Of a stretch of DNA of 38,384 nucleotides, positions 28,926 to 38,384 are shown in pieces. The stretch is from Octopus bimaculoides (Eukaryota). Every line of letters begins with the position of its first letter. Position 1 is the first letter of the stretch. The notes under the pieces were generated by a model. The model made no database searches. It was not told the origin of the DNA and saw only the letters and a list, made by a program, of their open reading frames with translations. The stretch spans positions 15,316,387 through 15,354,770 of the forward strand of contig NC_068988.1 of NCBI RefSeq assembly GCF_001194135.2, written 5' to 3'. The translations under genes and the position numbers were made by a program.

Positions 28926-29732
28926 CATATATATCTATCATCATCACTTCACACCACCATCATCATCACCATCACCCCCATCTCTGTATAGTCGCCAGCT
29001 CCCTTTAATTGCACCCTGTAGATTTAACCGAAGGAAGAGGATGTTGGATAATGTGGCCTAAGACACACTATAGCTGAGTAAAAGATGGAATGTTCTCAGT
29101 TGGAAAGTGTTTGTAAAACGCCTACTCAACAACAACAATAACTATAATCTTCCTCTCCCTACTCTCAGCTCGGTATCCACCATCAACACCTCCACAACAC
29201 CACCACAGTACCAATACTACCAACATTACCACCACTGCTACCCTCAACACCATCGCCTCTGCTATCTCTAACACCACCATCACCATCATCATTACCACCA
29301 CTACGACAAAAACATCACTGCTACCCCCACATCATGATGGCAATGACGTGAGTTATACCTTTTAAAAATAAACGACATAGGGAAAAACGACGGCTGAGTT
29401 ATATACGTAATCTTGTTCATTCCGTTCAAATATTTGATGTAATAACCTTAGGTGTAATTTAACCTAAAAGTTAAGTATGTTCCTGAAGTATATCCGGTTT
29501 ACAAAGCACCTAAATCAGATGACCATTCTATGATTTACAAGTTTAACCTTGATCTTATCCGCAACGCACGTGCATTTTCTCAAATCGTCACAATAAATGA
29601 TTCATTTGCGTGTGAGTTAGTATTACGTCTCTTTTATCAGATTCTTATTTTCCGAATGAGTCAGTGTCTAGACCGATTAAACAAAATGAATTTTATATTA
29701 AATGTTGGTGTAGAATGGCGTATACTGTATAT

Positions 29733-30180
29733 GAAGGCGGCAATCCGGCTGTATCGTTAGCACGCCGGGCCAAATGCTTAGTAGCATTTCGTTCGTTTTA
29801 CGTTCTGAGTTTAAATTCCGCCCAGGTCGACTTTGCCTTTCATCCTTTCGGGGCCAATAAAATAAGTACCAGTTGAGCAATGGGGTTTATGTAATCGACC
29901 TACCCCTCATCCGAACTTGATGGTCTTGTGCTAAAATTTGAAACCATCATTATTATGTATACTACGTATGAAGACGGCAACCCAGCAGAAACGTTAGCGC
30001 GTCGGATAAATTGCTTACTGGCATTTCTTCCAGCTCTATACGTTCTGAGTTCAAATTCCACCGAGATCGACTTTGCCTTTTACCTTTTGGAATGGGTAAA
30101 ACAAATACCACTTAAGCGACTAATAATCAACTAATACCTGCCTCTAAGATTGTCGGCCTTGTGCCAAAACTTGAAATATG
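29733..30180 (+). mobile_element. SINE family B tandem dimer (29733-29955, 29970-30180)
   Basis: Two recognisable full-length copies head-to-tail. Confidence 0.85.
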
Positions 30181-30768
30181 ATGGGTACCGCATTTGTAAA
30201 ATGGGAATACCACAAAGTCTGCTTCGTAAGGAGAGGTGTTTTCTTTGGGTACCCTGCAGGATACAAAGCAAAACCAGTCAAAAGAGCAGATAGACTCGGT
30301 AGAATCATCGGCCATCCCACAGAGTGCGAAACCCCCCAATTTTTTATTTAGATATCTCTCCAGGAGAAGGAAAACTATCATGTAACATCCGTGACTTTGT
30401 TGCATTCAAGGAAGTCGATTAGTTCTTTTGGTGCAATTCAGAGAGTGGCATTGACTCTTTTCAAGGCTTTTCCTCACTCTAGAAATGCTCCAGACATGGA
30501 CATCGAGTGATTTTGAACATCTATGTTAAGTGTTGTAAAATATAAACATACACACACTTAATGAAAAACCCCATGAAGGAATGAAAACGTTGACAACGTG
30601 GGTGGCAATTCTCTGAATTACCTGCACAAGCGACACCTATCATTGATGCATTCATGCAAAAGAATGTATGTACCTAGCAAGACTGAAAAGCCACGTACGC
30701 GTTGATTTAAGAGAACAATCAAGCAATGACACGGTTCGAAACCGAGCAACAGCCATCATATAATATAT

Positions 30769-30806
<38 letters not shown>

Positions 30807-31289
30807 TCACACACACACACACACGCACACACACGTCTTGGTATCAGCTATTTCTTTTCGCTGCACATATCTTGCTGATGTGCAGAATTTCTAAAGGCGA
30901 TTTGTAACAATTATTCGTGATTTAATATTTTATTTTACATCCCACATCCAAAAGACTTTCCTTCATACCCTGTTACCATTCAGTCTCCTTACAAGTGCAA
31001 TATATTTTTGCGGGGTAATTCTATTTTTGTCTCAATGCAAACGGGTGATGGATCTGAAGAAGTGATACAGAAAATTATTCATTTACACAATTAAATCTAA
31101 ACATCTTTATTAATTCATATTTTTTCTGTATCCGTAACTAGTACCATGCTTTTGCATGGGCTAACATATAGATACCTCAGAAGGATTTTCAGATATTACT
31201 GTCTTCATTTATTCTAAATAGCTAAAGGATGGGACAGAATTGAAAAGAAAGAGAAATAGCAATAAAATTCTTTTTAATCTTGAGAGAAG

Positions 31290-31681
31290 AGGAAAGTTGA
31301 TTATATCGACTTCGGTGTCCAATAGGTATTTATATCAATACCGAAAAGAATGAAAGGTGAAGACGATCTCGGCGGCATTTGAACTCAAAACATAAAGAAC
31401 CGCTAAATATGTTGCCTGGAGTGGTAACAATCCTACCAGTTCGCCGACTTAGAAATGTCACTAATATTAGTTTCAAATATTGGCACAAGGCCAAGAATTT
31501 TGGGAGGGTGCTAGTCGATTACATCGACCCCAGTCTTCGCCTGATACTTATTTTATCAAGCCTCAAATGGGTGAAAGGCAAAGTCGACCTCAGCGGAATT
31601 TGAACCTAGAACGTTAAAACAGACGAAATGCCGTTAAGCATTTTACCCGGTGTGCTAACGATTCTGCCAGCTCGTTGCCTT
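31290..31681 (-). mobile_element. SINE family B tandem dimer on minus strand (about 31290-31450 degenerate, 31466-31681)
   Basis: GAAAGGCAAAGTCGACCTC...GGAATTTGAAC...GCTAACGATTCTGCCAGCTCG. Confidence 0.85.
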
Positions 31682-31727
31682 AGAATTATCAATAATATTA
31701 AGAATTCTTTCATTTTTTTTTTGGGGG

Positions 31728-31824
31728 GGGGGGGTCGATAAAATAAGTACCAGTTGAGTTCTGAGGCTCACGTAATCAACTTACTCCCTTCCTCGAAATT
31801 GCTAAACCTTCTGCAAAAATATGA
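31728..31824 (+). mobile_element. SINE family B 3' fragment running into a gap
   Basis: GGGGTCGATAAAATAAGTACCAGTTGAG...AAATTGCT. Confidence 0.75.
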
Positions 31825-32323
31825 NNNNNNNNNNNNNNNNNNNNNNNNNNNNNNNNNNNNNNNNNNNNNNNNNNNNNNNNNNNNNNNNNNNNNNNNNNNN
31901 NNNNNNNNNNNNNNNNNNNNNNNNNNNNNNNNNNNNNNNNNNNNNNNNNNNNNNNNNNNNNNNNNNNNNNNNNNNNNNNNNNNNNNNNNNNNNNNNNNNN
32001 NNNNNNNNNNNNNNNNNNNNNNNNNNNNNNNNNNNNNNNNNNNNNNNNNNNNNNNNNNNNNNNNNNNNNNNNNNNNNNNNNNNNNNNNNNNNNNNNNNNN
32101 NNNNNNNNNNNNNNNNNNNNNNNNNNNNNNNNNNNNNNNNNNNNNNNNNNNNNNNNTTTTTTTTTTTTTTTTTTTTTTTTTTGCAGATCATCTACTTTCA
32201 GAATCCTTTAGGCCTATTTAGATTTTGTTGTGTAAATATCAGGTGTGGAAAAGTTATTTAACGCCTTTACACACACACGCACACCCACACCCACGCGCGC
32301 GCACACACATACATACATACACA

Positions 32324-32362
<39 letters not shown>

Positions 32363-32728
32363 TACATATATATATATGTGTGTGAGAACATGGACACACG
32401 CAGAGAAAATTGCCCCTGTGAGAAGATAAGTAACAGGTATCGAAAGAAATTCGAACACACATCGATGGTTATAGGATGTAGACTAACAAAGAAATCGTGG
32501 TTATAAATCTATGTTAGAATTCAAATTACATGTTGATCCTGCTCACACATAGGACATAAAATATTCTTAAACAAAAAAGAGAAATAGCTACAGGTAAAAA
32601 AAAAAAAGACTAAAAGTATATCTTCTATACTACACGAATCTAAACTTTTAAAAATATGTTGGTCTTGATAGATGTAGAAACAGGAACTCAACAATTCCAA
32701 CATTATATCTCGTTATTTTTCTTTCTTT

Positions 32729-32904
32729 CTTTCTTCCTTTCTTCCTTTGCACAAGAATTATATTAGTCTGACGCTTGGTGAAAGGAGAGAGATTCAAACG
32801 TTTCNNNNNNNNNNNNNNNNNNNNNNNNCTTTCTTCCTTTCTTCCTTTGCACAAGAATTATATTAGTCTGACGCTTGGTGAAAGGAGAGAGATTCAAACG
32901 TTTC
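32729..32904. other. Probable assembly artefact: identical 76 bp on both sides of a 24-N gap
   Basis: 32729-32804 equals 32829-32904, period exactly 100 bp. Confidence 0.8.
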
Positions 32905-33460
32905 GAGCATGGCTCTCAGTCCGAAAGGAGAAAGGGGAAAGTCAAAAGGAGAAGAAGGAAAATCACCAACGACTCACATGTGGTTACATTACTAACATTG
33001 CCCAAAGAAGCAGAAATGCATACCTAGCAATAACACTAACGCTGCTGGACGATTTTCGCCTACTACTGATATATTTTTGCCGTATTTAACACTGTACGTC
33101 TATAAGCGATATAAGATGAATACTGAATTACTTGGCTTTACGTAATGTTTCTGTTGCATATAAGAAGTTTTTATTCAGTTGGTCAGTTTGTTGTAACATA
33201 AGTGCTTTTTCAATTATTTCTTTTATCTATACCAGCGGTGACGTATTTTATCTTAGCATGCAATTTCCAGAGGGTACTTGCTATAAAACAAAACCCGGAG
33301 GCAGAAATATTCATCTCGCAATACCACCACCGCTGCTGGACGCTTTCTTTCTGCTGCATCTATAGGATACATTATCTCGGAACGAATACCACAGTTATTT
33401 GGTTATCTGTGATGTATCTGTTAAGTATCACACACAACAGAGACGCACACACACACACAC

Positions 33461-33520
<60 letters not shown>

Positions 33521-33945
33521 ATTCACACATATTCACGCAGTCACACACACATACATATGTATATATCTTTGTGTGTGTGTGTGTGTATGTGATTTTCAAA
33601 CAGTTATCGTGTATGAAATTCTGTTCACAAAGAATTACCCTCTCAGAAGCTATATCAGAAAACAATTTGCCCAAGATATAGTGCATTTGGCGCAAACACA
33701 GAACAATGTGCTTGAAAAAAATGACCATTTTAAGCAAACAACCGTGTTAAAGCGTGTCACTAATATTCTGAGGAAGGGCATAGACAACATTCCAAGTTAT
33801 TTAATGTTTTTTTTTCTTTTCTAAGGTATGGCCATCCTCTCTTTATAAATCCGGGAATTTATTTTCTACCTTAAGGAAATTCATGTCGTTATTGTTGTCA
33901 TTGGTCGTTGCTGCAGTCGTTATTCCTATTAGTTTAACTTCCTGT

Positions 33946-34335
33946 GTGGAGGCGCAATGGCCCAGTGGTTAGGGCAGCGGACTCGCGGTCATAGGATCGC
34001 GGTTTCGATTCGCAGACCGGACGTTGTGAGTGTTTATTGGGCGGAAACACCTAAAACTCCACGAGACTCCGGCAGGGGATGGTGGCGAACCCTGCTGTAC
34101 TCTTTCACCACAACTTTCTCTCACTCTTACTTCCTGTTTCTGTTGTGCCTGTAACTCAAGGGGTCAACCTTGTCACACTGTGTCACGCTGAATATCCCCG
34201 AGAACTACGTTAAAGGTACACGTGTCTGTGGAGTGCTCAGCCACTTGCACGCTAATTTCACGAGCAGGCTGTTCCGTTGATCGGATCAACTGGAACCCTC
34301 CACATCATAAGCGACGGAGTGCCAACAACAACAAT
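33946..34335 (+). mobile_element. SINE family C, full length, with 8-bp TSD CTTCCTGT
   Basis: A-box TGGCCCAGTGG, B-box-like GGTTTCGATTC, tRNA-Arg-like head; TSD at 33938-33945 and 34336-34343. Confidence 0.92.
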
Positions 34336-34810
34336 CTTCCTGTAGTTGCGTTCATGATATTCATCTACAACTACTTAAACATTTCATTGTTATCTACAGT
34401 ACAGCAAACTTCCTATCTATGACAGTGATTCTGAACAGCTGTTACATTTTGAAGATCGAAGATAAAGAAATACATAAAAAAAAAACAAGCAAATCAAAGT
34501 AGAAAAAAGAAAAGTATGACAACTATCTTTACCAATCAATAATACGTATAAGAGAACGTCTGCCACGTAATAGAGCGTTCTGTTGGGTAGCCATCTTGAG
34601 TTAGAATCTATGCTGGGCTTTAAATGTGTTACCGCTTAAACGGCTTCTGATCATGGGACAGAGTAGTAGTTGCTTTACTGATCGAGAGCTCGAAGCCTAT
34701 GAGGTAAGTGATATTTTGTTGTCATCAACGATACAATGATACAGAAGAAAAAGAGGAAAAAATACTTTACTCTTTATTCTTTCATTAAGATGTGTGTATT
34801 TGTGTGTGTT

Positions 34811-34848
<38 letters not shown>

Positions 34849-35261
34849 GTAGTGTGTGTGTGTGTGGTAGTGTGTGTGCGTGTGTGTGTGGTAGTGTGTG
34901 TGCGTGTGTGTGTGGTAGTGTGTGTGTGTGTGTGTGTGTGCTTGCGTGTCTTCTGCACTTCTGTATTGTTATGATTAGTTCTAGGTCTATCCTGATGGAG
35001 CAGAGCTATGATCAAAAGCCTTCCAACCGTGACCCATTCTTCAATTTTAAGGGCTTCTATGACTAAATGGTTTAGTGTCTTTTTTTTCCCTCTTTTAAGA
35101 CGATAGTATGTAAGTTGAAGAATATTTTGGTGGTTATTTCTAGCAGACCGAATGGCTGCGCAGAGGCGCCTTCCTTCGCATTAGTACCAGTAATTCTCCA
35201 AACATTCTATCTTTTACTTGTTTCAGTTATCAGATTTCTGCCATGATGGAGTAACGTTTTG

Positions 35262-35648
35262 AAAAATTTTAGTCGAACGAAAAGACCCTTGTACATATAT
35301 TTTTTAAAGCCTAGTACTTATTCTGTCGATCTCTTGGGCTAAATGCTAAGTTACAAGAACGTAAAAAACCCAGCACGGGTTGTCAAGTGGTAATAGCGGA
35401 CATGCACAAAACACAAAGACAAATACACACACAAACATACATAAACACACACACGCACACACACACATACACACACACTCGCATATATATGCATACACGA
35501 TGGGCTTCTTCCAGTTTTCGTCTACTAAATTCACACAAGGCTTTAGTCAGCCGGGAGCTATAGTAGAAAACGCTTCCCTGAGGTACCACGCAGTGAAACT
35601 GAACCTGCAACTATGTTGTTGGGAAAGAAATATCCACGCTTGCGCCTA
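35262..35648 (-). mobile_element. SINE family A, degenerate, near full length
   Basis: GCCTAGTACTTATTC...GGGCTTCTTCCAGTTTTCGTCTAC...CTATAGTAGAA; internal CA microsatellite as in other copies. Confidence 0.8.
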
Positions 35649-35719
35649 TATAGAAACATCAGTAGTAGTAGTAGTAGTAGTAGTAGTCAGCCTATTTCCA
35701 ATGAGGACTCGAATAAATA

Positions 35720-35767
35720 CAATAAAATGCCGTGTCCGTTCAGCAATAAAATGCCGTGTTCGTTCAG
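35720..35767 (+). repeat. 24-bp tandem duplication CAATAAAATGCCGTGT(C/T)CGTTCAG
   Basis: Two adjacent copies, one mismatch. Confidence 0.9.
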
Positions 35768-36019
35768 CAGGGGAGTGCTATGAAATGTTATACAAATAAG
35801 GAAAGAGTAAAAGATATTACACAGTATATAAACATAGATGTTAAAAATTTGTAAAATTTACAAACTTATAAACAAGACTCGGAATAAATACAAGTAGAAT
35901 TATAACAGGCAATAACTAAAACACGATATATTTCCAAGAATTCTGCGTATGCACATGAAGGAGTATTGAATTAAAATAGTTATTTATGTATGATAGTTAA
36001 CATATATACATCGCGTGTT

Positions 36020-37895
36020 GCTTGCAATCAAGCCTTATGCATAGCACTTACGGAAACACACCTGAAACCAGATATAGGAAATGCAGAAATACGCATACTA
36101 CAGTATGTTGTATTACGGACCGACAGGAAAGAAAGGAGTCATGGTGGAGTTGCTATGTACATCCGTGAAGACCTCACACACCAGGTCCTTTTGTCACACT
36201 CAAATTCAGTATGTGACACACTAATTGTACATATAAGACAACTCAATGTAGTTATATGTGCTACATATCGCCCTCCAGATGCTCCAAATATGTAGGCAAG
36301 TTTGAAGACTGCCTTACAAAAATAGAAGTTCTAGTCACATTAGAACAACACATAAGTGTACTTCTTATGGGAGACTTCAATCTGCCCAATGTCAGATGGC
36401 CCAAGGGCCTTTCTCTCCCAGGAATGACGCGATACGAACAAGGATAGGTGAAGTCCCTCCTAAACCTCACCAACACTTTGTACATGGAACAAATAGTACT
36501 CCAACCAACCAGGGCAGGTAACATACTGGATCTCTGCTTCACAAATAATATGGATCTCATCCATAATGTGAAAGTGACACCGACGCTACTCTCGGATTAC
36601 AACATGGTAGAGCTGACCATGTATGGACCAAAGGAAACCATGGATATGCAGCCTACAAGAAACTCTCAGAATCTTTCCAATTTGAACTTCCATAAGGCAA
36701 ACTGGAAACAAATCGAGAAAGAGATCCTCAAACAAAACTGGCCTAAATGTCTCTCTTCACCGGACATCGACATGAAACTTAAATAATTCATGTCTGTAAT
36801 GCAAGCCATATGCTACAAATGTGTCCCGGAGAAAAAGGCCACTGTACACAAGAACAAAATCCTCAAAGAGAGGAAAATTCTTATGAGACGGCGGACAAAA
36901 GTTTCAAATCGCCTAAACAAACAGATTGAAAGCAGTGAAAAGTCCCGCATGAAAATACAACTGCTGGAGATTGAAAAAAATCTGCAACTCTCCCACGAAA
37001 AAGAAAGAGCAGACAAAGAAGCCTGGGCTATAGACAATATAAAATCTAGCCCTAGAGCTTTCTACAAGTTTGTCAAAGAAACAGCTTCAGTGCACTGCAG
37101 AATAGAGTCACTCTTTGAAAAAGATGGTGCATTCCCAAGGATGATAAGTGAAATACTAAATGAGCAATTCAAAAGTGTTTTCACTCCATCCCTAGGGCAC
37201 TTTCAAGTCAGCAATCCAACTGACTTTTTTTTACCACTGCAGATATAAAAGCAGAGGCAATGATGATCGATTACATCAATATAAAAAGGAAGACGATGTA
37301 ATAAGGGCTATAGATGAAATGAACCCAAACTCAGCTACTGGCCCTGATGGATTCCCAGCAATCCTTCTAAAAGTATGTAAACGAGTCCTAGCAAGACCAC
37401 TGCAGTCCCTTTTTCAGAGCTTCCGTGCATCTGGCAAACTCCCAAGAAAACTGAAGAAGGGTAAAATATGCCATATTCATAAAGGAGGTAGCAGAGCGGA
37501 GGCCAAGAACTACAGACCTATCTCTATGACCTCGCACATCAGCAAGGTCATGGAACGAATAGTCAGGAGAAAACTAATCGCCTTCCTTGAAGAAAATGAC
37601 TTGCTGCTTGACACTCAATATGGTTTCCGACCAGGAAGAAGCTGCCTGACTCAGCTCTTACAACGTTATGACTGGGTGATGAAACAGCTACTTAACCACT
37701 CAAATGTGGAAGTGATATATCTCGACTTTGCAAAGGCCTTTGGTAGAGTCGATCATGGAATGATATGTCACAAACTGCGTGATCTCGGCATAGTTGGAAA
37801 ATTGGGAGAATGGCTTCATGACTTTCTGAAGGATAGAAGTCAGGTGGTAGTAGCCAATGGGGCCACCTCCAATGACACACAAATAGTGAGCGGTG
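36020..37895 (+). mobile_element. Decayed CR1/L2-type LINE ORF2 (AP endonuclease plus N-terminal half of reverse transcriptase), truncated at both ends
   Basis: APE motifs ALTETHL, YRPP, MGDFNLP, PTR..NILDLCFTN, LSD(Y). RT motifs ATGPDG, NYRPIS, QYGFRPGRSC, YLDFAKAF. It has in-frame stops (36445, 36784) and frameshifts (about 36295 and 37250-37300), and ends before PQG and YADD. Confidence 0.92.
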
Positions 37896-37957
37896 CAGAG
37901 GTGCAGAGGTGCAGAGGTGCAGGAGGTGCAGAGGCGTAGAGGTGCAGGAGGTGCAGA
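37892..37957 (+). repeat. Eight-unit GGTGCAG(G)A tandem array at the LINE breakpoint
   Basis: Units GGTGCAGA x3, GGTGCAGGA, GGTGCAGA, GGCGTAGA, GGTGCAGGA, GGTGCAGA. Confidence 0.9.
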
Positions 37958-38063
37958 GAAGAGCAGCTGCATCCAACTCTCTCATGCACCAAATGTCAAT
38001 TCCTGAAGTAAAATGTGAAACTAGATGAAATAAGAAATAAAATAAAAAATGAAAATATATATC

Positions 38064-38384
38064 CTCTTTACTCTTTTTACTTGTTTCAGTCATTTAACTG
38101 CGGCCATGCTGGAGCACCGCTTTTAGTCGAGAAAATCAACCCCAGGACTTATTCTTTGGATGCCTAGTACTTATTCTATCGGTCACTTTTGCTGAACCGC
38201 TAAGTTACGGGGACGTAAACACACCACCATCGGTTGTCAAGCGATGTTGGGGGGGGACAAACACAGAAGCACAAACATAGACACACACATACATATATAT
38301 ATATACATATATACGACGGGCTTCTTTCAGTTTCCGTCTACCAAATCCACTCACAAAGCTTTGGTCGGTCCGAGGCTACAGTAG
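38064..38384 (-). mobile_element. SINE family A, 3' two-thirds, truncated by window end
   Basis: High identity to 1-234 over the overlap; CTCTTTACTCTTTTTACTTG tail on the plus strand. Confidence 0.88.

Larger units (their letters stand above)
862..32828. other. Eleven assembly gaps: 862-1857, 9921-10552, 11091-11932, 14272-14992, 17503-17881, 19124-19387, 22938-23306, 25480-26170, 28247-28670, 31825-32155, 32805-32828
   Basis: N-runs, mostly flanked by microsatellites. Confidence 0.98.

Noticed and set aside
30180-30260. Strong minus-strand splice acceptor (ttttgctttgtatcctgcag) at about 30254
   Set aside because: No convincing donor or recognisable peptide in any frame.
24433-31075. Isolated CUGAAGA heptamers at 24433, 26360 and about 31054
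   Set aside because: No properly placed stem II plus GAAA plus cleavage triplet.
777-32261. Long ORFs (up to 398 aa) made mostly of X
   Set aside because: They are open only because N-runs contain no stops.
32729-32904. 76-bp direct repeat as a biological duplication
   Set aside because: The copies are identical, flank a tiny gap and have a period of exactly 100 bp, typical of overlapping contig ends.
33133-33365. Protein-like minus-strand segments (e.g. IKEIIEKALMLQQTDQLNKNFLYATETLRKA)
   Set aside because: Weak acceptor, no recognisable homology, and no consistent chain with other candidate exons.
33946-34025. tRNA-Arg-like sequence
   Set aside because: It is the head of a SINE: no proper acceptor stem, continuous with the SINE body and flanked by TSDs.

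Overview
Repeat- and microsatellite-rich animal genomic DNA with 11 N-gaps. It is most likely an octopod cephalopod, inferred from the SINE families, the extreme simple-repeat density and a mollusc-type P450. The only well-supported protein-coding gene is a plus-strand mitochondrial-clan cytochrome P450, best matching molluscan CYP10. It has 10 visible GT-AG exons from 3474 to 21898 whose phases join consistently. One exon is partly hidden in a gap and is absent from the ORF track, and a 5' presequence exon is probably missing. The rest is mobile-element debris: three tRNA-headed SINE families (labelled A, B, C here), a fourth AAC-tailed retroposon (D), several MITE or foldback elements, an R4/Dong-like restriction-endonuclease fragment, an L1/Tx1-like remnant and a decayed CR1/L2-type LINE. 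Most long ORFs in the track are artefacts of microsatellites or N-runs. The most interesting signal is a minimal type I hammerhead ribozyme fold at 15129-15178, inside a SINE-like repeat in a CYP10 intron on the sense strand. It carries one core substitution and may be inactive. A second, decayed hammerhead lies antisense at 18712-18751.
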